From positions 1 through 64,000 of the IMG/VR virus record IMGVR_UViG_3300031111_000010: DNA of 64,000 nucleotides. One strand, written 5' to 3'. Origin of the DNA: a virus. Position numbers and translations under genes: made by a program. This document shows, piece by piece, positions 59,402-64,000 of the stretch (position 1 is the stretch's first letter; each line of letters opens with the position of its first letter). The notes under the pieces were generated by a model. It was given only the letters and a program-made list of their open reading frames with translations. It did not search any database and was not told the origin of the DNA.

Positions 59402-60964
59402 TTAGTAATCAAAAACATTTGAATCTGTTAACCATGACCAATCATCTACATCATCTTCAATATCAGATAAGATACCCCAAGCATCATTTTCTTTTTCATC
59501 CTTTTTAAACTCCCAATCTTCTGACATTACGTTCATTTCAAAGATAAACAATCCCCAAAACATAGCATCAACAAGATCATCAGGTTTATCTTTACCATAG
59601 AATTTAGATTCATCTTCAATATAGGAACTTAACTGTTCGATAGTTTCTTTATCATTTATTTTAACAGAACCATCTTCTATGAGTTTTTTCATAAGAAGAA
59701 CAGCTTTAGGTTTATTATTTCTATTTGATCTGATACCAAGATTTATTGCTTTCGCACCAGTGTTGACCAATCCTTCATTCTCATATGTCCACCATAACTG
59801 ACCAATAACAGCAGACCCCTCACCATTATTCTCACACATAACATAAGCACTATTATAATAAATACTAAGTCTATGAATGATTTGTGAAAATTGATAAACA
59901 TCTGTCATATTATCTTGAAATACTGCTACTTGTTCCATGTTGATTGGCATTCTTGAATTTATTTTGAAAATTTGAATACAAGAATCATGCTCACCAGTAC
60001 CCTTGGCAGGATCAACACCCATAACATATACAGCACCTTCTTTCGGTTTCTCCCAAACTCTTAATCTATCTTTAAGATCATAGAATTCAGGTTCAACATG
60101 AGTATTTAATAAAGTTCTCAATACTTCTGGACTGATAACGGTATTTGTAGAACCAAGAAACTTACAACCAAACTCTTGATTAAATCCATGGATACCAAGA
60201 TTTTTAATTTGTTCTCTTGCCCATGCATTATCTCTCCCCGGTACTCTATCCCAAAGTACTTTTTGAGCTACAAATGAATTAGCATCTTCTTTATTAGGAT
60301 TAACAGCACCCATCCAAATTCTATGAAAGATATTGAACATACCATTTGGTGTTGAAATAATAATAATCTTTGATTCTGTTGATGATGAAATGGTAGGATA
60401 GTTTGAAGACCAGAAATCTTCTGCGTTGTTTTTAGGTACGAATGCAAACTCATCACAGATAACGATGTTCATAGGCCAACCTCTAAAGGCATCCTGAGTG
60501 GTAGCTGAGATGATTAGCTTAGTGCCATTATCGAAAGTGATAGACGTTTTAGCGTACTCTGTGACCCCCGGCTTGAGCCAAGGTGGTAGACCTTCATACA
60601 TACGCTTCATGCCATCTAGAATACGTTTAGCAGATGATTCCTTATTGGATACCATACCAATGTTCTTATCTGCATTAAAGATAGCATACCAAAGAGCATA
60701 GGCAGCAACGATTGTTGTTTTACCACTCTGTCTTGCCCATAATCCTACAAAAAATCTGTTATTAGCTAGTAGTTCAAGAGTCTCATTCTGATAATCTCTT
60801 GGTTCAAATAATACTTCTCCATGATCTAATGTTACAATTTTCACATAGTTTTGTACGAAATAATGAATATCATCACGACATTTCACTATTTCCTCAACCA
60901 TATCTTGAGTATATTCCATCTCCTGATTTGGTCTTTTTACATAATCATCATAACGTATTGCCAT
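59402..60964 (-). CDS. terminase large subunit, T4 gp17-like
   Basis: ARQSGKTT Walker A, ICDEFAF Walker B, IIISTPNG, GVDPAKGTG, PDDLVDA; late promoter at 60993-61000. Confidence 0.97.
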   Translation of the reverse strand: MAIRYDDYVKRPNQEMEYTQDMVEEIVKCRDDIHYFVQNYVKIVTLDHGEVLFEPRDYQNETLELLANNRFFVGLWARQSGKTTIVAAYALWYAIFNADKNIGMVSNKESSAKRILDGMKRMYEGLPPWLKPGVTEYAKTSITFDNGTKLIISATTQDAFRGWPMNIVICDEFAFVPKNNAEDFWSSNYPTISSSTESKIIIISTPNGMFNIFHRIWMGAVNPNKEDANSFVAQKVLWDRVPGRDNAWAREQIKNLGIHGFNQEFGCKFLGSTNTVISPEVLRTLLNTHVEPEFYDLKDRLRVWEKPKEGAVYVMGVDPAKGTGEHDSCIQIFKINSRMPINMEQVAVFQDNMTDVYQFSQIIHRLSIYYNSAYVMCENNGEGSAVIGQLWWTYENEGLVNTGAKAINLGIRSNRNNKPKAVLLMKKLIEDGSVKINDKETIEQLSSYIEDESKFYGKDKPDDLVDAMFWGLFIFEMNVMSEDWEFKKDEKENDAWGILSDIEDDVDDWSWLTDSNVFDY

Positions 60965-61021
60965 ATTATCTCCCTTTTATTCTATTCATATTTATTTATA
61001 TTTTCTTAGCTTATGAATAGA

Positions 61022-61052
61022 AAAAGGGAAGATGATTTCTCATCTTCCCTTG
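61022..61052 (-). terminator. intrinsic terminator
   Basis: AAGGGAAGATGA-TTTC-TCATCTTCCCTT inverted repeat with adjacent A-run (T-run on minus strand). Confidence 0.7.
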
Positions 61053-61097
61053 GGGCATAACTGGCAGTCACGCTTTTATTTTAAAGTATTTTATTTG

Positions 61098-61457
61098 TCA
61101 AGCATAAGCATTGATTTGTTTAATATATTTATAATCCCAAATAAACCACATCCCATGCTTCTTATATCTTTGCCATCTGTTCTTTTCGATGTCAAAGATA
61201 CTTCCATCACCATAATGATAAAACTTTTTATCCTCAGTTACAGTATATCGAATGCCTTGATTTTTCTTACCTACTTTTTGACGTTCAGCCAGAAGATATT
61301 CATATGCTTCATTAACATATAGGAATTGTTCTGGTCTACCACCATGATCAGGATGGAATTTAAGGCATAAGAGGCGATATTTTCGCTTCAAAGCATCTTC
61401 TGTGACCTTGGATATATCTTCTACCTTAAATAGCCTTAAATAGCCTCTAACGTCCAT
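61098..61457 (-). CDS. J-domain (DnaJ-like) protein
   Basis: LKRKYRLLCLKFHPDHGG..F..VNEAYEYL. Confidence 0.85.
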   Translation of the reverse strand: MDVRGYLRLFKVEDISKVTEDALKRKYRLLCLKFHPDHGGRPEQFLYVNEAYEYLLAERQKVGKKNQGIRYTVTEDKKFYHYGDGSIFDIEKNRWQRYKKHGMWFIWDYKYIKQINAYA

Positions 61458-61818
61458 TTACGAAACCTTTTGCGGAATGATGTTTACTGTCCACTCAGGA
61501 TGCTTGCAGTATGCTCTGATTTGATCATCAATCAAATACTCATTGATCTTGAATCTGATCGAATTGACAACCTTCTTGACTTTGAATCCCATTTCACAAT
61601 CCCGTAAATCCTCTACTACCAATGTTTTCTTTTTCATTTCTTTTCTCCTTTTTTTACGAACTTACCTGTTAGTAGGTATACAATGTGATCCTTGCCAACA
61701 TCCCACTTCCCGTATAACTAACCCTCAGTTCGTATCGCCAAGGGAATATATCAGGACTTAACCACATGGGATAGGTTTGACCCTATATTTTTCTCAGCCC
61801 TGATATACCCCCATGTTC

Positions 61819-61998
61819 TTAGATCAGACCGAAATGCTCATCGATTTTGGCTTGATATGCTGCTTTGCGTTTTTGATTTGCCTTGGTTCGCAATCCCTGC
61901 AAACGTGCCAGTTCGACAGCAGAGGCAGCAGTTTCGGCTTTGATGTTGACGTTAACAGCGGTGATTTCCACAGTTTCTTTTTCCTGATAATGCAACAT
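61819..61998 (-). CDS. 59-aa hypothetical protein (not in ORF track)
   Basis: AGGAG RBS, MLHYQEKETVEITAVNVNIKAETAASAVELARLQGLRTKANQKRKAAYQAKIDEHFGLI*, upstream TTGACA promoter. Confidence 0.6.
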   Translation of the reverse strand: MLHYQEKETVEITAVNVNIKAETAASAVELARLQGLRTKANQKRKAAYQAKIDEHFGLI

Positions 61999-62091
61999 GA
62001 TAAATCTCCTTTGTTAATGATTAGTGTTTCGTTATTCCTATCAGATCGTTTCGCCATTGTCAAGGGGTTTTTACACCCCCTGACATTTTTT

Positions 62092-62661
62092 TTACTGGTT
62101 GATTACTTCGGACTCAACCTTACCTTTCGGACCAAGAACAAAGCTCATGTAAGCATCGTTCATATATCCACGAACAAAGATTTTCTTTCCAAGTTTGCTA
62201 ACAGAATCAATATTTTCTGTAACTGCCAGCAGATGATTGTATGCTTTCCACTGTGAAGGAGTGAACTCACTTTTGGACATCTTGTAGTCACCATACCGAT
62301 CTTTAACTACGATAAACTCATCATTTTCATCCCACTCGACTTCATCAAAACCGATACCAGCTACCATGATCAGCGTACCATCTTCCATCTCCATCAGGTC
62401 ACCAACACTGGTAGACCGACTTTCCTCTACCTTATAGACACCATCATTTTCCCACCATGCGGTATCGATGTGATTGGTTTTCTGAAAGGCAACACCAAGA
62501 TCGTTTCCAACGACTTCAGCTACCAGTTTATAATTGGATTTAACAGGCTTGTAAGTACCCTTTTCGGCAAAGTGAAGATTGCTGTTAATAGCCCAATTGG
62601 TAGTGTGATAAACTTTGATCATTTTGGTTTCTCCTTGGTTTATGGTCGCTTTCGTTTTCAT
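62092..62661 (-). CDS. hypothetical protein, YodL-like motif
   Basis: AFQKTNH...RSTSVGD; downstream of sigma54 element. Confidence 0.5.
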   Translation of the reverse strand: MKTKATINQGETKMIKVYHTTNWAINSNLHFAEKGTYKPVKSNYKLVAEVVGNDLGVAFQKTNHIDTAWWENDGVYKVEESRSTSVGDLMEMEDGTLIMVAGIGFDEVEWDENDEFIVVKDRYGDYKMSKSEFTPSQWKAYNHLLAVTENIDSVSKLGKKIFVRGYMNDAYMSFVLGPKGKVESEVINQ

Positions 62662-62675
62662 TTGCCTATATATAA

Positions 62676-62833
62676 TGCAGACCGTGTGCCAAGATTGAAA
62701 AAAATCATAAAAAAATATAAGTAGTTGGATTATAAAGAAAAAAACCCAATAGGGATCAAATGACCCCCATTAGGCTTTTCGTATTTTAGGGAATTTGTGA
62801 CAATTTTTGTCAAACATATGACAATTTTTGTCA
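62676..62833 (-). promoter_or_regulatory. sigma54 promoter with IHF-like site and tandem palindromic enhancer
   Basis: TGGCAC-ACGGT-CTGCA at 62676-62691(-); TGACAATTTTTGTCA at 62798 and 62819; IHF-like site at 62718-62730. Confidence 0.7.
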
Positions 62834-64000
62834 TAAGTCTATTTCAATATTCGAATCAATCTCTTTAGACTTATTTGCTACATACTTAAATTTCATCTTG
62901 TTTTTAATGGTTTCCAGATTACATTTTTCACCCCACAAAAACTGAATATGTTCAAGGGTTTTTTGTGCATACTCAGGATCAAGATCAGCACCAATATGTT
63001 CATGTTTGAGTAACAATTCACCCTGTTTGTGATAATTACCATCCATAACGAACACTTTTGGAATACCACTATGTGCAAAACTTCTAATAATAATTTGGCA
63101 GATTTCTTTTGCTGTATTATCTGTGATTACTACTTCTTCCATAAAAACATTGGATTGAATTGCATACATATATAAATCCAATTTTCTAACCAGTTTTGGA
63201 GTTAAGAAGTTATGCATAAACATCCAATCATTACTTGTACGGAGAACTTTAAACATCTTCTCCATACCCTTCATAGATTTATCATCGTAGTTCATCTTTA
63301 AATCATGGTCGGTAGTTTCATCATAATCTTTACCATGTTGACCTTTATTCCAACGATCTACAATATCTTCCCACATTTCACATCCTATCAAATAGGGATT
63401 CATGCTGAAAGGATTTTTTGATTTAACAAGAGAATTGCTATAGTTACATTCAGCATGTTCAGTAGCTGTAAGCAATCCTTCCCGAAATAACTGCCTGAGA
63501 ATTCTTTCATGCCAGAAGGTAGCAAATCCTTCATTCATATATTTGGTTTTGATATTCGGCCAAACATACTGACCCCATGCTCTGATAATTTCAAGAATAT
63601 CTTTTTGCCATGTTGAAAGGTTTCGGGAATGATCAATAACATACCTGATTAAATCTTCAGTAGGTTCAACAGGAGTTTTATTCTTCAAAGCAACATACAG
63701 AGCATTGTTGTATCTTTCCCTTTCCATATCGGCCTGAGAATCATCTTCAAATAAATCCATGAATTCAGTAACAGATTTATCATGTTTCTTCTGTTTCTTC
63801 TGTTCAAATATACGTTCTATTTTTTCATCTTCAGTTTCTTGACTTAACCAAGGATTTGAATGAAGCATAATTGAATGACCAGCATCAATAGTAGATTCAA
63901 CCAAATCGATACCATACTTATTAATATAATCCTCAATTCGATTGGATGCATTGCTTAATCTACTAGCAATGTTCTCATCATTCTCAACATGATACTGATT
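62831..64000 (-). CDS. SpoVR family protein (5' end outside window)
   Basis: WQKDILEIIR...TKYMNEGFATFWH...NPYLIG; frame open to the window edge. Confidence 0.92.
   Translation of the reverse strand, partial: NQYHVENDENIASRLSNASNRIEDYINKYGIDLVESTIDAGHSIMLHSNPWLSQETEDEKIERIFEQKKQKKHDKSVTEFMDLFEDDSQADMERERYNNALYVALKNKTPVEPTEDLIRYVIDHSRNLSTWQKDILEIIRAWGQYVWPNIKTKYMNEGFATFWHERILRQLFREGLLTATEHAECNYSNSLVKSKNPFSMNPYLIGCEMWEDIVDRWNKGQHGKDYDETTDHDLKMNYDDKSMKGMEKMFKVLRTSNDWMFMHNFLTPKLVRKLDLYMYAIQSNVFMEEVVITDNTAKEICQIIIRSFAHSGIPKVFVMDGNYHKQGELLLKHEHIGADLDPEYAQKTLEHIQFLWGEKCNLETIKNKMKFKYVANKSKEIDSNIEIDL

Noticed and set aside
61824-62063. 79-aa ORF from the track
   Set aside because: It spans a promoter; the overlapping frame 61819-61998 has a proper RBS and is the likelier gene.
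1-64000. Stop-codon reassignment
   Set aside because: Conserved genes are intact in code 11 and end at TAA, TAG or TGA; neither tRNA is a suppressor.

Overview
64 kb segment of a large, AT-rich T4-like myovirus genome, read in the standard bacterial code. The right third (minus strand) is a morphogenesis module: terminase gp17, neck gp13/gp14, gp15, three gp3-like proteins fused through poly-Ser linkers to lectin-like domains, a truncated second sheath gene, sheath gp18, tube gp19, gp26/gp51-like chaperone, tape measure and gp48-like cap, with T4-type TATAAATA late promoters. The left 9 kb is a late cluster of probable capsid-internal proteins. The middle is a dense array of small accessory genes with RtcB, a queuosine-salvage protein, Pth2, a bL12 domain, Hsp20 and two tRNA-Ser genes. 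Main unexplained signals: (1) a conserved C-terminal nonapeptide F-[ILF]-x-[EKDQ]-x-[DE]-[MF]-x-[LIV] ending at least 14 otherwise unrelated small proteins; (2) a shared N-terminal tag resembling the T4 capsid-targeting sequence on about 13 proteins; (3) sigma54 -24/-12 promoters with IHF sites and tandem palindromic enhancers, plus five sigma54 motifs clustered in a 1.2 kb non-coding region; (4) triplicated, apparently leaderless gp3-polySer-lectin fusions whose Ser codons match the two tRNAs; (5) an unannotated acidic 49-aa peptide ending in DDVPF, like the SSB C-terminal tail. All family assignments come from motif recognition by eye, not database searches.
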